Shown: in pieces, positions 31,610 through 40,261 of the stretch
Layout of the letters: every line of letters starts with the position of its first letter
How positions within the stretch are numbered: position 1 is the first letter of the stretch
Source of the DNA: a virus
Reading direction: 5' to 3' (one strand)
IMG/VR virus record: IMGVR_UViG_3300020220_003261
Length of the DNA: 64,000 nt
Made by a program: the position numbers and the translations under genes
The notes under the pieces: generated by a model
Database searches by the model: none
Seen by the model: only the letters and a program-made list of their open reading frames with translations
Told to the model about the DNA's origin: nothing

Positions 31610-31951
31610 ATGAAGAATAAACAAAACATTTTACTCGGTATCATTGTCATATTAGCAGCATGGAATATTTTCCAAGGTAGTAAGATTAAAACCGATATCA
31701 AAGGATTCAATGCTAAAATAGAGGCGATCCAAAACGAAATCGACTCTGTCCAAGTCGAAAATCAAAAATTGATCGAAGAAATCAAACTTATTGATAGTGA
31801 AATCGATAATATTGATGGTGACATAAACAATGTTTCAAAAAACATAACAATCATTAAAAAACAAACTAATGAAAAGATTGATTCTGTTAACAACTATAAC
31901 TTTTCTGACCTTGAAAAGTTTTTCACAGACCGTTACGGTAACCAATATTGA
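31610..31951 (+). CDS. Membrane-anchored coiled-coil protein (inner-spanin-like topology)
   Basis: N-terminal TM helix (ILLGIIVILAAWNIF) then a heptad coiled coil. Overlapped by the next gene. TATTTATA at 31590. Confidence 0.65.
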   Translation: MKNKQNILLGIIVILAAWNIFQGSKIKTDIKGFNAKIEAIQNEIDSVQVENQKLIEEIKLIDSEIDNIDGDINNVSKNITIIKKQTNEKIDSVNNYNFSDLEKFFTDRYGNQY

Positions 31952-32285
31952 TACTATTGTACCACTTAAGGTACCATTGGCTAAATTAGTAATAAAGGAT
32001 CTTATTTATGGCGATGCATCCAAAGTGGAAATATTAGATCTTAATAAAGTTATTACATTAAAAGATCAACAGATAACCCTTTTCAAAGAAAAAGATAGTT
32101 TGAAGACGAAACAAATTGGTAATTTGGAATTAATTATTCAGAAACAAAATGATCAATTTGCATTAGAAAGACAAAAATCGATAAGTTTATTAAAAGAACT
32201 AAAAGGACAAAGAAGAAAAACTTTCTTATATAAAGTTGGGACATTTGTTGGTATAGTAGCAACATCTGCATTACTATTAAAATAG
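31869..32285 (+). CDS. Exported coiled-coil protein with C-terminal hydrophobic helix
   Basis: Signal peptide MKRLILLTTITFLTLKSFS/Q (Bacteroidota Q-rule-like), C-terminal VGTFVGIVATSALLLK. Starts 83 nt inside the upstream gene. Confidence 0.65.
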   Translation: MKRLILLTTITFLTLKSFSQTVTVTNIDTIVPLKVPLAKLVIKDLIYGDASKVEILDLNKVITLKDQQITLFKEKDSLKTKQIGNLELIIQKQNDQFALERQKSISLLKELKGQRRKTFLYKVGTFVGIVATSALLLK

Positions 32286-32286
32286 A

Positions 32287-32615
32287 ATGAAAAAATATTT
32301 TGATTATAAAAATATAACAATTTTACTAATTATAATATTAACAATCCTCACATTATTAAACCCAAAGGGTTATATATTGATAAGATCGAAAATAGTGTAT
32401 GTAACAAATATTATCAATATTCGTTACGATTCGGTATCGTATCCCGTTTATGATACTTCAATAGGACAGGTGCAATTACAGCGTCCAGTTGAAACGATTG
32501 TTGGATTGGAAAAAAAATTGAAGTATCAGTTTACCAACCTGTGGATACAATGTTGATACTTGAAGATTACTATTCTGAAAATATTTTAACTAATGTATTA
32601 AATTTATTTAAATAA
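32287..32615 (+). pseudogene. Frameshifted or degenerate membrane-anchored protein
   Basis: The 89-aa ORF has an N-terminal TM helix. At the A8 run (32510-32517) the -1 frame continues IEVSVYQPVDTMLILEDYYSENILTNVLNLFK to a stop at 32615. Confidence 0.4.
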
Positions 32616-32696
32616 AAATGGTTCAATAAGATTAATAGATACAATATCACGAAAAAAATAATTGGTAGATAATTTAAGGAAAAGTTATAATAAAAA

Positions 32697-33146
32697 ATGA
32701 AAACATATCTTCTATTTGTATTCGGGACATTTGATGACCACGAGGATATAGAATTTTTTTGTGCAGAAATATTAGGACAATCAAAGGTGGTTGATACCAT
32801 TAGATATGTTATAGAAGGTGATAAAAATATTATAGTCATTTTCGAATCAGAGATGGGACAAAAAGATTTATCTGAAGAATTATATTCTTTGATAATAAAC
32901 GAAAACGTGAAATTTTATTTTATATTTGAAAGAGATAATTTAGTAACCGCACATTTACCCATCCAAATGAAAGATTTTATTTTCAAGCCATATACAGAAT
33001 TTGAGATTATGAAAGTCAATTTTGAAAAAAAAGAAATTGACAAACCCTCTTTAGATTTAGACACATTATTAGATAAGATTGATAAGATGGGTGTTGAAAG
33101 CTTAACACCAGAAGAAAAAAATTTCTTAGATAATTTTGAAATTTGA
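32697..33146 (+). CDS. hypothetical protein with C-terminal DUF6576-like motif
   Basis: LDTLLDKIDKMGVESLTPEEKNFL at the C-terminus. Confidence 0.7.
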   Translation: MKTYLLFVFGTFDDHEDIEFFCAEILGQSKVVDTIRYVIEGDKNIIVIFESEMGQKDLSEELYSLIINENVKFYFIFERDNLVTAHLPIQMKDFIFKPYTEFEIMKVNFEKKEIDKPSLDLDTLLDKIDKMGVESLTPEEKNFLDNFEI

Positions 33147-33194
33147 TATTTTTTTGTTATCCTATTATATATTACATAATTACACCAACCACTT

Positions 33195-34004
33195 ATGAAA
33201 AAATCAATTATCATCAACACAGAGGAGATACAACAGTATATAAAAGATCTCCGTAAAATTCCAGTTATCACACATCAAAGACAAGATGAGATTTTTATCA
33301 GTCTAACAAATAAAGAGATTACCAAATCTAAAAAACAAAAGTTGTTAGATGAGTTGGTAATAGGAAATTTACGTTTTGTAATCTCTGTCGCCAAGTTATA
33401 TCAAAATCAAGGAATGGATCTTCTTGATTTAATTTCTGAAGGTAACATTGGTTTAATAAAGGCAGCTGAAAGATTTGACCCTACAAGTGGTTTAAAATTT
33501 ATTTCATATGCAGTTTGGTGGGTAAGACAATCTATCATGGCATCTTTGAATGAAAATGCTAGAACTATTAGAATCCCTTCGAATTTAGTTCAAGAAGCAC
33601 AAAAGCAAAGAAAGGAGGAGATTAAAGAAGATGATATGTTACTTAGATTTAGTGATGAGGATGCTATTGGAATGAACTTACCTTATTGTATAGGGTTATA
33701 TAATCAAATAAATGAATCGGGGGACGAGTTAATTGATATCATACCAAACAAAAATGTTGACTCTCCTGATAGCATTTTAAACTCTCCTGAAGAAATTAAG
33801 AAAAAAGTTAATTTAATGTTGAGTGTTTTAGATTATAGGGAAAAGACTATTATTGAAAAATATTATGGTCTTACAGGTATTGAGTGTAATTTAGAAGATT
33901 TGGGTGAAGAGTTTGGTTGCACTAAGGAAAGAATAAGACAATTAAGAGATAAAGCAATAAAAAAGTTAAGAAACGAGAGTTTTGACTTGTTAAACTATTT
34001 ATAA
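33195..34004 (+). CDS. RNA polymerase sigma-70 factor, RpoD/RpoS-like, lacking region 1.1
   Basis: NLRFVISVAKLY, DLISEGNIGLIKAAERFD, KFISYAVWWVRQSI (region 2), LEDLGEEFGCTKERIRQ (region 4.2 HTH). Confidence 0.93.
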   Translation: MKKSIIINTEEIQQYIKDLRKIPVITHQRQDEIFISLTNKEITKSKKQKLLDELVIGNLRFVISVAKLYQNQGMDLLDLISEGNIGLIKAAERFDPTSGLKFISYAVWWVRQSIMASLNENARTIRIPSNLVQEAQKQRKEEIKEDDMLLRFSDEDAIGMNLPYCIGLYNQINESGDELIDIIPNKNVDSPDSILNSPEEIKKKVNLMLSVLDYREKTIIEKYYGLTGIECNLEDLGEEFGCTKERIRQLRDKAIKKLRNESFDLLNYL

Positions 34005-34021
34005 TAATAAAATTTTAAAAT

Positions 34022-34303
34022 ATGAAAGAATTCTTAGAGAAAAATTTTACGATAATTGTATTTGTTTTTGTTTTGTTAACATTCTTTAAAGGTTGTTCTG
34101 ATAGTAGAGAAATAACAAAAATTAAGAATGAAATAAAACAAATAAAAGATTCAACATATACAAAAAAAGAATTATATCTTGTTTTACAAATCGAAGGTCT
34201 TAAATCTGAAAAGAGAATGATACAAGCTACAGATCGTAAGATACTTGATGTTCAACGTCAAACCGAAATTGATAATGAAATACTTCGATTAAAAGGTGAT
34301 TAG
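34022..34303 (+). CDS. Small membrane-anchored protein
   Basis: N-terminal TM FTIIVFVFVLLTFF followed by a charged helical region. Confidence 0.7.
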   Translation: MKEFLEKNFTIIVFVFVLLTFFKGCSDSREITKIKNEIKQIKDSTYTKKELYLVLQIEGLKSEKRMIQATDRKILDVQRQTEIDNEILRLKGD

Positions 34304-35438
34304 TGGTAAGATGAAACATTGGATTAACACACATTATAAGAATTTAATCATTGGGGCCTTTTTGGTTCCTATCATAACTGTCGCAATTGTATCTATTTCC
34401 CACGTAACAAAATGGTATGGTATTTCTAATCCAGTTAGTTGGGCTATTTATCTTTCTATCGGTATAGAAATCGCGGCTTTATCTGCACTTGCAGCTATAT
34501 CAGCTGATATGGGTAAAAAGATATATTTTCCTTTTGCAATTGTAACATTAGTTCAATTTATCGGTAATGTCTTTTTTGCATATTCTTTTATAGATATAAA
34601 TTCAAAACTTTTTATTGATTGGATTGATTTGGTTTCACCATTAGTTTCTTTCATGGGTGTTGAACCAACAGATTTAGTTGGACATAAAAGGTTTTTAGCA
34701 TTTTTTTCAGGTGGAATGTTACCAATAATTTCACTCTCTTTTCTTCATATGTTAGTTAAGTTTACTGAAGAAGGTAGAAAAAAAGAGTTGGAGCAAAAAA
34801 AGGTGATAATCGAAAATAAAGAACCACTACCAACAGTAGAGGCTAAAGATATAATTGGTGAAGTTTCAAGATTAAGGCTTTCTGAAAACGATTTAAAAAA
34901 ACTTGAAGATGCATTATTAAATTCACCTTTACCAAGTGAAAATTTAAAAGAAGATTCGCAAATATATAAAAAAGAGGTTGAGATCAGAAAACCTGTTGAG
35001 GACAATCTGTATTTAGAAAAAGAGGAAATTGTAAATAATAAACCTGTTTCAATAGAAGAGAAAACTCTTAATCTAAAACAAGTGGTATTTGAACCAAAGG
35101 AAGAAAATAAATCGATATTTCCTGAAAACATGGAATACGACGAAGAATATAATAGAACAGTTTACCCGAGTCGAGAAGAATTAAAACAAGAACCAATTAC
35201 TCCTGCGATATCCGATGAAAAAGTTAGAGAAATGTTTATGGATGAATGGGAAAGAAAATTTGAATTAGTTGAAGAAGATGAGAATGAAGAAGAAATTTAC
35301 AATGTAGAACCAACAGAAGAGGAGGAAAACCAAAATTTTTCGACTATAGAACAAAATCCTGAAAATATCTTACAAAATACCGAATCTATTTTGGATACCC
35401 AAACAAATACGTCAAAAGAAGACGAAAAAAAAAATTAG
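34296..35438 (+). CDS. Multi-pass membrane protein with long acidic C-terminal tail, ending at an A10 run
   Basis: About four TM helices in the first 155 aa, then a Glu-rich tail ending EDEKKN*. The start could be ATG 34311. Confidence 0.8.
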   Translation: MISGKMKHWINTHYKNLIIGAFLVPIITVAIVSISHVTKWYGISNPVSWAIYLSIGIEIAALSALAAISADMGKKIYFPFAIVTLVQFIGNVFFAYSFIDINSKLFIDWIDLVSPLVSFMGVEPTDLVGHKRFLAFFSGGMLPIISLSFLHMLVKFTEEGRKKELEQKKVIIENKEPLPTVEAKDIIGEVSRLRLSENDLKKLEDALLNSPLPSENLKEDSQIYKKEVEIRKPVEDNLYLEKEEIVNNKPVSIEEKTLNLKQVVFEPKEENKSIFPENMEYDEEYNRTVYPSREELKQEPITPAISDEKVREMFMDEWERKFELVEEDENEEEIYNVEPTEEEENQNFSTIEQNPENILQNTESILDTQTNTSKEDEKKN

Positions 35439-35662
35439 AAGAGAACCTAACGTCGAACTCAGATTCAACAACCTCATTGGATAATAATTCAATTTCTTTT
35501 TCAAATGTAGGTACACATTTTCCATATTATTACAAATATGGAAAACAAGAAGAACCCATCAATGAAATAGAAACCCGAGATAACCCTGTGGAGGAGCTCC
35601 AACCAAATATTATTGTAAAAAATGTTAACGGTTCAAAGGATAGGAATACTAGAAGAAGATAA
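35435..35662 (+). CDS. -1-frame extension of the 34296 ORF (putative recoded C-terminus)
   Basis: The -1 frame is open from the A10 run (35425-35434): LEENLTSNSDSTTSLDNN...RRR*. It has no ATG of its own (the track uses TTG 35477). Confidence 0.55.
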   Translation, partial: LEENLTSNSDSTTSLDNNSISFSNVGTHFPYYYKYGKQEEPINEIETRDNPVEELQPNIIVKNVNGSKDRNTRRR

Positions 35663-36224
35663 ATTAAACGTAGTTAAAAAGAAAACAAAGAAAACTCAAA
35701 TATTTCTTTATGACACTCAAAGGAGAATAGATGATTATGTCAATAAATTGAAGTATAGAAAAAATGGAAGATATGAAGATATTCCACATTTTATAGTATC
35801 TAAACTTGGTTTAGTATATGAAGTTTTTGATACAAATTTTTATTCAAACACATTTAATAACCCGAATATTGACAAAAAAATTATTAAGATTGCTGTTGAA
35901 AATTTAGGTTGGCTTAATAAAAATACAATTACAGGTATACTTTACAATTGGATTGGTGATCCTTACAGAACAGAACCTCACGTAAGAAATTGGAGAAACT
36001 TTCATTTTTGGGACAAATACACGGACACTCAAATGAAATCCATTTCGGAATTATCCGATTTTTTATGTGAAAAACATAATATTTTCAAACAAGCCGTTCC
36101 CTCACAAGGATACATGGAAAAGATTGATAATTTCAAAGGAATTGTCTGTAAATCGAATTTTTCAAATATTTATACAGATATAAACCCTTCGTTCGATTTT
36201 AGAACTTTATTTAACAATGGCTAA
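35622..36224 (+). CDS. Amidase_2 (N-acetylmuramoyl-L-alanine amidase)-fold protein with substituted Zn ligands
   Basis: KTQIFLYDT, PHFIVSKLGLVYEVF, IKIAVENLG, YTDTQMKSI..L...LC.KH.I and TDINP follow the amidase_2 scaffold. Confidence 0.65.
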   Translation: MLTVQRIGILEEDKLNVVKKKTKKTQIFLYDTQRRIDDYVNKLKYRKNGRYEDIPHFIVSKLGLVYEVFDTNFYSNTFNNPNIDKKIIKIAVENLGWLNKNTITGILYNWIGDPYRTEPHVRNWRNFHFWDKYTDTQMKSISELSDFLCEKHNIFKQAVPSQGYMEKIDNFKGIVCKSNFSNIYTDINPSFDFRTLFNNG

Positions 36225-36732
36225 TAAAAATGTAGGTTACGATGAAACCAAAAAAATGTTGAATACATTGAGAAATTTCAATGTCAATAAATCATCAACT
36301 AAGACTATAAAAGAAGATGTCACACCTCAAGATGTTGATAGTGTATCAGACACAAAAAAAGATGACATAACAGTAATTAATAATGTTGATGTTAAATTGT
36401 TATTTAACGATGACCAAGATAATGTTTTTAAGGATGAACAAAAACAAGCAATATCAGATCTAATAGATAATTTTAGACAACAAGTTTCACAAGTTGTAGA
36501 TTTTGAACCAGGTTTTACAGTATCACCTGATCAAATAAGATTAGATGGAACTTTAACAGATGAAGATATAAGTTTTGTTTTTATAGCAGGAGAAGAAAAC
36601 GGTGTTTATATTAATGCCGAAATGTTAAAATTAGAACAGAATGTCGGAGATAAATTAGAAAGACTTTCAAAGTTTGAAGAGACATTTAAAACATCAATAG
36701 AACCAATATTAACTCAAAGAAACAATAACTAA
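36217..36732 (+). CDS. hypothetical protein, 171 aa, late-expressed candidate
   Basis: Intact ORF. TATTTATA at 36167 inside the upstream gene. Confidence 0.75.
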   Translation: MANKNVGYDETKKMLNTLRNFNVNKSSTKTIKEDVTPQDVDSVSDTKKDDITVINNVDVKLLFNDDQDNVFKDEQKQAISDLIDNFRQQVSQVVDFEPGFTVSPDQIRLDGTLTDEDISFVFIAGEENGVYINAEMLKLEQNVGDKLERLSKFEETFKTSIEPILTQRNNN

Positions 36733-36733
36733 T

Positions 36734-36973
36734 ATGGCACTTACAGATCAGGATAAAAGAGAGATTGAAAAAATAGTAAAAAAAGAAATTAAAGATTTTA
36801 TGGACACCACTCAAGCTCATAAAGTAGTTGTTGATATGGTCAAAAAGGAAATGGGAACAAGAGATATAAATGATAAAGTAGTAGATTTATCCACCAAAGT
36901 TGTTGTTGAATTATTCAAAACATTGTGGCAAAGAAAATCATTTTGGGAAAACTCATTAAAAGGTGTTAGATAA
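36734..36973 (+). CDS. hypothetical protein, 79 aa
   Basis: ATG ORF tightly packed between its neighbours, helical. Confidence 0.75.
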   Translation: MALTDQDKREIEKIVKKEIKDFMDTTQAHKVVVDMVKKEMGTRDINDKVVDLSTKVVVELFKTLWQRKSFWENSLKGVR

Positions 36974-37989
36974 TGAAATTCAAAAAGCCTAACTTCCAAT
37001 ATGAATGGGAAGAAGCCAAGTTAAGAAAGGGTTTATTCAGTTCAAAACAAGAATGGTTAAAAACTGCAGTAACAGGATCTCCTCAAATCATTGATTGTTC
37101 AATGAATCTAGGGAATACTGACATGTGTGATGATGACCGAGATTTAGAGGATCTGAATCCAGATAAAGTCAAAAGAGCAAAAGAGGCGTTAAAAAGAGGA
37201 ATAATTGAATTACCAATAGTTTTACATGTTGAGGACAGATATGAGATTCTAGGGGGTAATACTCGCTTAACAGCGATGAAAAAAGCAAATATTCCAGCAT
37301 ATGCTTGGGTAATCGAATTACCAGATAAAAAAATTGAGGACCTATTTATAGATGGATATGATGAAGAAAATTTTTATGATTATCAAAGTATGGAAGAAAC
37401 AAAAGATATGATTGAAAAATGGTCACAGAAATACAAAAATTCAATTGACTGTAATAATCCTAAAGGATTTAGTCAAAGAGCCCATTGTCAAGGAAAGAAG
37501 AAAAAAATAGAGGCCAAAGAAACCGATGCATCTTCATCAGGTTCATATATAGGTTCTGCATTTGGTAAATTCATGTCAAAAAGAGAAATTTATAAATTAC
37601 ATAATGCAAATCTTAAAGAAGAGGTAGAATTAGACGAAGTAACAGATGCGTCATCATCTGGTTCATACGATGTTCCATTTTTAGGAAAGACACCTAAAGG
37701 AAGAAAAAATCCATTAAAAATTGATGGTCCTGATAGTATCTATAATAACAGAGCTGTTAAAGACAAAAAATTTCCAAGATTCGGTGGTCCAAATGGGATA
37801 TATGTTAAAGTGAAAGAAAAATGTAAAAAGTTTCCTTATTGTAATCAAGGTAATACGGGGGCGTTAGAATTTATACGTGAAAATCAAGATATAAAAAATT
37901 CAATAATGGAAATCTCAAAAAAAATGGGGATTCCGTATAAGGAAATTGAAAAATTGGTATTAAACGAGATTAATAAGATATTTATTTAG
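36973..37989 (+). CDS. Mosaic protein: ParB/Srx-like N-terminal domain plus putative head-internal protein motifs
   Basis: LPIVLH...YEILGGNTRLTAM (ParB/Srx-like), WSQKYKNSIDCNNPKGFSQRAHC, and two E-(T/V)-T?-DASSSGSY copies. Confidence 0.6.
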   Translation: MKFKKPNFQYEWEEAKLRKGLFSSKQEWLKTAVTGSPQIIDCSMNLGNTDMCDDDRDLEDLNPDKVKRAKEALKRGIIELPIVLHVEDRYEILGGNTRLTAMKKANIPAYAWVIELPDKKIEDLFIDGYDEENFYDYQSMEETKDMIEKWSQKYKNSIDCNNPKGFSQRAHCQGKKKKIEAKETDASSSGSYIGSAFGKFMSKREIYKLHNANLKEEVELDEVTDASSSGSYDVPFLGKTPKGRKNPLKIDGPDSIYNNRAVKDKKFPRFGGPNGIYVKVKEKCKKFPYCNQGNTGALEFIRENQDIKNSIMEISKKMGIPYKEIEKLVLNEINKIFI

Positions 37990-37990
37990 T

Positions 37991-39526
37991 ATGAAGTTAT
38001 CTGAATTAAATAATATAATTGAAAATACCTTATCTGAAGAAATCAGAAAAACGATTATTTCAGAAAAAGAGATTGGTAAAAAGACCGTTTATCATGTAAA
38101 ATGTGAAGGAGAACCCGTTGCAACTTTTTCAAATGAAGAAGAGGCTTTAGGTTATATGAAAAAAGTTAAGGATGATGTTTCAGGTAAACCTATGATAATA
38201 GAAAAAGAAGTTTATGAATCATATTCAGATATGATAGAGAAACTTGATAAAATGGGAGAAAAACTACAAGAAAAAGAAAATCAAAATATGAAAAATAAAG
38301 AAACAATGGAAGGTAATCCTTTCGCTTATGCTGCGTTAATGGCAAAAAAAGAAGGAAAAAAAGAATTTAAATTTGGTGGTAAAACACATGATGTAGAAGA
38401 AGTGTATAACCAATTCGACGAATCTTTAGAAGTTAACGAAGATAAGTTGGAAGAGGAGGAAAAATGTAATGAGTGTGGTAAAAAATCAATCGAAGAAGAT
38501 TTTGGTGAAGATCCTCAAACAATGGGTAAAATAAAATCTCTTTACAATAAATTACATTCTAATTCACAAATGGAAGAAGAATTAAGAGGTAATCAACATA
38601 GGTTAGATTTTGATAAAGATGGTGACATAGAAAGTGATGATTTAAAAGATTTAAGAGCAGGCAAAAAGGGAGATACCAACGAAGGATTTACTATGTTTAT
38701 GTCAGCCATTATTTCTGATTATAGAGAAAAATATGGTAGAGACCCAAGTGATGAAGAATTGGGGAAAGAAATGAAAAAGATTTACGGCGAACCAGAAAAA
38801 GACGAAGATAAAAAAGACGATAAAGATAAAAAGAATGTTAAAGAAGGTTACGGTAATTGTAATGAGTGTGGAAAAATGTTAAATGAAGAAGGTACGTGTT
38901 CTGAATGTAATTCTATGATTAAAGAATCAAAAAAGAAAACACTTAGATTGACTGAAATAGAAATGATTAAAATTATTAAAAATATCATCAATGAAACTGT
39001 TCCTGGTTTAGTAATGGCAAAAAAATCAAGTGGAAGATCGGGTAAAGAATCAAAAGAATATTTATCAACAGTTGAAAAGAAAATGAAAGATTTTTTATCA
39101 TTTGATGGTAATGATAATCCTGAATTTCCAAAACAAGTAGGTAAAGGAGATAAAGTTGCAAGACAAAATTCTGAAAAAGAAGACGAAGAAGTTGCAAAAA
39201 ACTTTTCAGGTTTACAGAATTTAGATTATGATATTGAACCATCTGAAAATTTTAAGAAAAGATTAAAAATGGCTATTGAAGGTGATAAAATGATGGGTAA
39301 CGGATCAAAAGATGTTGCCAACGTGGTAGCATCTAAAGTTGCAATGGACAAGATGGAGAAACAAATAAAGAATAGAAAAAAAGATAAGGAAGAGAGAGTA
39401 ATATATAAGAAAGAAGTGTTACCTGTCAAAAATGTTAATGAATCAAAAATTAATTTATCAGGTCTTCTTGATGAAGAAATTAACAAAATGAAAAAGATTT
39501 CTTCATACAATAAGAAAACACAGTAA
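37991..39526 (+). CDS. Highly charged putative head-internal / prohead-core protein with CNECG motifs and an EF-hand-like loop
   Basis: Many L/I/V-x-E motifs, CNECG twice plus CSECN, and DFDKDGDIESDD. Confidence 0.65.
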   Translation: MKLSELNNIIENTLSEEIRKTIISEKEIGKKTVYHVKCEGEPVATFSNEEEALGYMKKVKDDVSGKPMIIEKEVYESYSDMIEKLDKMGEKLQEKENQNMKNKETMEGNPFAYAALMAKKEGKKEFKFGGKTHDVEEVYNQFDESLEVNEDKLEEEEKCNECGKKSIEEDFGEDPQTMGKIKSLYNKLHSNSQMEEELRGNQHRLDFDKDGDIESDDLKDLRAGKKGDTNEGFTMFMSAIISDYREKYGRDPSDEELGKEMKKIYGEPEKDEDKKDDKDKKNVKEGYGNCNECGKMLNEEGTCSECNSMIKESKKKTLRLTEIEMIKIIKNIINETVPGLVMAKKSSGRSGKESKEYLSTVEKKMKDFLSFDGNDNPEFPKQVGKGDKVARQNSEKEDEEVAKNFSGLQNLDYDIEPSENFKKRLKMAIEGDKMMGNGSKDVANVVASKVAMDKMEKQIKNRKKDKEERVIYKKEVLPVKNVNESKINLSGLLDEEINKMKKISSYNKKTQ

Positions 39527-39554
39527 CAACCTTTTTTTTATTTTCTTTTCTCCT

Positions 39555-39562
39555 TATATTTG
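39555..39562 (+). promoter_or_regulatory. Bacteroidota-type -7 promoter element TATATTTG
   Basis: TAnnTTTG 12 nt upstream of ATG 39574. Confidence 0.55.
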
Positions 39563-39573
39563 ATTGTAGGGTT

Positions 39574-40032
39574 ATGGAAAATAATAAAGAAGGTTACTTG
39601 GAGTTCATATCCTCCGAAAGTTACAAACACCAAATAGACGTTTGGTATCGTGCATACAATATAAGTCGTGAAAAAACTGAGTTATTTTACGATTTCATAA
39701 GTTCAATATTTTTTTTAATTGAAGAAACATATTTGGGTGAAGATGTAATGGATTTAGAATTAAATCAAAAAAATCATTTTACATGGTGTTGGGATAAAAC
39801 AATAGAAAATTATAATAAAGAAAGGATTTTCTTTAAGGATAGAGGTGTTCATTATGAATACTTTTGGAATTTTTTTTTAGAAGCGTATTATGTTAACAAA
39901 CAAGATAATGGTATAATTAGAATAAAAGAATACTTTTATAAACTTTTTGATTTCCAACATAAAAAAACAAGGTCTGAATTGGACATGTTGACAGAAATAT
40001 ATAAATTATTAGATCAAAACTTGAAAAAGTGA
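39574..40032 (+). CDS. hypothetical protein, 152 aa
   Basis: Intact ATG ORF with its own putative host-type promoter. Confidence 0.75.
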   Translation: MENNKEGYLEFISSESYKHQIDVWYRAYNISREKTELFYDFISSIFFLIEETYLGEDVMDLELNQKNHFTWCWDKTIENYNKERIFFKDRGVHYEYFWNFFLEAYYVNKQDNGIIRIKEYFYKLFDFQHKKTRSELDMLTEIYKLLDQNLKK

Positions 40033-40072
40033 ATTTTTTTCCATATATTGATAGTAAAAACTGAAATAAAAT

Positions 40073-40261
40073 ATGGAAACTCTTAAGAAAATCAAGGATT
40101 TGATTGAAAAAATGTCAATGGACACAATCAAAGTTTATGATAAGGGAAATAGAAGTGCGTCAATTAGAGCTAGAAAGTATGCTCAAGAAATAAAATTTTT
40201 GATTGCGGTTTACCGTAAAGAAATTTTAGAAGAAATGAAAAAACAGGATGGAACAAATTAA
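40073..40261 (+). CDS. Histone H1-like Hc1 family nucleoid protein
   Basis: KGNRSASIRARKYAQEIK matches the GNK(A/S)AGxRARK core of short Bacteroidota Hc1 proteins. Confidence 0.75.
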   Translation: METLKKIKDLIEKMSMDTIKVYDKGNRSASIRARKYAQEIKFLIAVYRKEILEEMKKQDGTN

